This document shows, piece after piece, positions 62,097 to 64,000 of a stretch of DNA of 64,000 nt. The DNA is from Candidatus Poribacteria bacterium (GTDB lineage: Bacteria > Poribacteria > WGA-4E > PCPOR2b). The stretch covers positions 512,001 to 576,000 of the forward strand of contig OZ240245.1 of assembly GCA_965198175.1 (NCBI GenBank). Reading direction: 5' to 3'. A program made the position numbers and the translations under genes. The notes below the pieces were generated by a model. The model saw only the letters and a program-made list of their open reading frames with translations, made no database searches and was not told the DNA's origin. Each line of letters starts with the position of its first letter. Positions within the stretch are counted from its first letter, which is position 1.

Positions 62097-62348
62097 CCAT
62101 GACGGATTTCGGTGTTCGCGATGTTGGTGGGCGTGCCCCTGAAGGAAAATTTCATTATGACGGCGGAACCGGGAATCTACTTCGTTCCCGCCCTCCTGGA
62201 TAATCCCGTGAATCGTGAGCGTTTCCGCAATAGCGTAGCATCGAAATCACTCGACACCTGGCGCCCTGTTGGTGGTGTTTGAATAGAGGACAATGTGCTT
62301 ATTACTGCGAGCGGACCGCGTGTAATGCCCAAAGAGATTCCAAAGTAG
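62097..62348 (+). pseudogene. Xaa-Pro peptidase (M24) C-terminal remnant
   Basis: MTAEPGIYF...GGV*IEDNVLIT; upstream GVRDVGG in another frame. Confidence 0.7.
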
Positions 62349-62373
62349 CCACGGGCGGACAATATGAACAGAG

Positions 62374-62763
62374 CTACTGCTTTACTTCCGCGAGCGTATA
62401 AAACTGAACAGTATTGATGCAGCCCATGCCTCTTACCCTTTTTTGTATAATGCGAACAGCATCAGTCTTTAGAGCTACTTTGATTTCAATTGGGAATGCC
62501 ACAGTCCTCTTGATCTTCTTGATTTGCTTCCAACTGTTCTCTGACCTGCGGGCATAAAAATCAATATTTGTCACAGTTCCTTTGCCTAGGATGACAATCT
62601 TTCGGAGGTCTTTTTTCTCTGGAATTGAAAATATCCGCCCATGAAAAAGCATAGTCTCTTTGGCTTCCTCATCAACTTGGATATACTGCTGTTCCGCGAG
62701 AAAGGCTGCGCAGCCAGTGACCAATAAACAGACAATGAAAAAAAAGACGTGAAATCTTCTCAT
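62374..62763 (-). CDS. Hypothetical lipoprotein
   Basis: RBS AGGAGG, lipobox VTGC. Confidence 0.65.
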   Translation of the reverse strand: MRRFHVFFFIVCLLVTGCAAFLAEQQYIQVDEEAKETMLFHGRIFSIPEKKDLRKIVILGKGTVTNIDFYARRSENSWKQIKKIKRTVAFPIEIKVALKTDAVRIIQKRVRGMGCINTVQFYTLAEVKQ

Positions 62764-62814
62764 GGTTTTACCTCCTGAGATTTACCATATAGCGAAATGC
62801 ACTTGTAACAAACC

Positions 62815-63889
62815 CTACGGTAACCTGATATCCCCTACGTTTTCCCCTTCGACGATGCGGACGTTGATGCTCAACTGTTCGCCGATAGCGGGAGACTCCA
62901 ACGATTGAGAGATGATGCTAACGGGTAGAAGGAACCTCCCACAGCCGGATGGTCTTGTCCCCACTCCCACTGGCGAGCGTGTGCCCATCCGGACTGAAGG
63001 CGACGCTCCAGACCCAACTCGTATGCCCTGAGAGTGTCCGCTTTTGAGCGCCTGTGTCGGCATCCCACAAACGGACGGTAGCGTCATCACTTCCACTGGC
63101 GAGCGTGCGCCCAGTCGGGCTGAAGGCGACGCTACGGATTGAATCTGTATGCCCTGAGAGCGTCCGCTTGTGAGCGCCTGTGTCGGCCTCCCACAGCCGG
63201 ATGGTCTTGTCCCCACTCCCACTGGCGAGCGTGCGCCCCTTCGGACTGAATGCGACGCTATGGATTGAATCTGTATGCCCTGAGAGCGTCCGCTTGTGAG
63301 CGCCTGTGGCGGCATCCCACAGCCGGATAGTATTGTCATCACTTCCACTGGTGAGCGTGCGCCCCTTCGGACTGAATGCGACGCTCAAGACCCCAGACGT
63401 ATGCCCTGAGAGTGTCCGCTTTTGAGCGCCTGTGTCGGCATCCCACAAACGGACGGTAGCGTCATCACTTCCACTGGCGAGCGTGCGCCCAGTCGGGCTG
63501 AAGGCGACGCTATGGATCCAATCTGTATGCCCTGAAAGTGTCCGCTTGTGAGCGCCTGTGGCGGCATCCCACAAGTGGACGGTTTTGTGCCCACCACTGG
63601 CGAGTGTGCGCCCATCCGGGCTGAAGGCGACGCTAGTAACCCACCCGGTGACTGTCGTAAGATCCGCGAGAATCCGCAGGTGAGCGCCCGTGACAGCATG
63701 CCACAGCCGGATGGAACGGTCCTCGCTTCCACTGGCGAGCGTGCGCCCATCCGGGCTGAAGGCGACGCTATTGACATCCCACGTATACCCTTCTAGGGTG
63801 GTATAGTGATAATTTTGGGCGAAAGTGTTTGGCAGAATCAGGCTCGAAACAAAAAGTAGCGTTAAAATGCAAAATAACACGGTTTTCAT
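62815..63889 (-). pseudogene. Secreted WD40 protein frameshifted (~62920) into a truncated cohesin domain
   Basis: Seven WD repeats; after WEVPSTR* the shifted frame reads VSIISQSLESPAIGEQLSINVRIVEGENVG, like the 60807-61856 cohesin N-terminus. Confidence 0.7.
62930..63775. repeat. Near-identical 126-bp WD40-coding repeats
   Basis: >110-nt identity between ~63021 and ~63399 (offset 378 = 3x126). Confidence 0.9.
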
Positions 63890-64000
63890 TAGGTTAATCT
63901 CCTTTTTGAGTTGTCAGTTTTCGGGGGTGTGACCCTCGAATTTTATTCTTAGGGTCCTACACCGCGAATTAAGTGCCGTCCCGAGTAGTATGAGTAAATA

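Noticed and set aside
62930..63775. CRISPR array or DGR template/variable repeat
   Set aside because: Units are in-frame 126-bp coding repeats without spacers; no cas or reverse transcriptase gene in the window

Overview
Bacterial chromosomal window, probably Candidatus Poribacteria. That call is inferred from the recurring C-terminal V[E/D/S]PxGKLxxxW[G/A]x[I/L][K/R] motif and the WD40/cohesin proteins; it is not proven. The standout is 3985-7970 on the minus strand. An ECF sigma factor with its own sigmaE-like promoter sits directly upstream of an intact 1039-aa single-chain RpoB-RpoC fusion. This minimised RNA polymerase keeps the catalytic core motifs and the sigma-binding clamp helices. 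It lacks the beta lobe, the flap and the trigger loop, and carries NANFDGD instead of NADFDGD. The window also holds a short family-A DNA polymerase with a helical insert and a CUAEP-tail radical SAM selenoprotein (UGA readthrough). An AT-rich accessory island (~18.2-27.6 kb) lies upstream of tRNA-Gly. It contains a primase remnant, repeated DNA sites, a TIGR04255-type three-gene operon, an IS1595 remnant, a split proteasome-like gene, an IS701 and a His-rich lipoprotein. Core genes are smc, mutS2, dnaG, rpoD and tRNA-Ile2/Val. The rest includes an expanded family of secreted CBM-like proteins, an unannotated structured RNA leader, and several decayed WD40 genes. All family assignments come from reading motifs by eye; no database searches were run.
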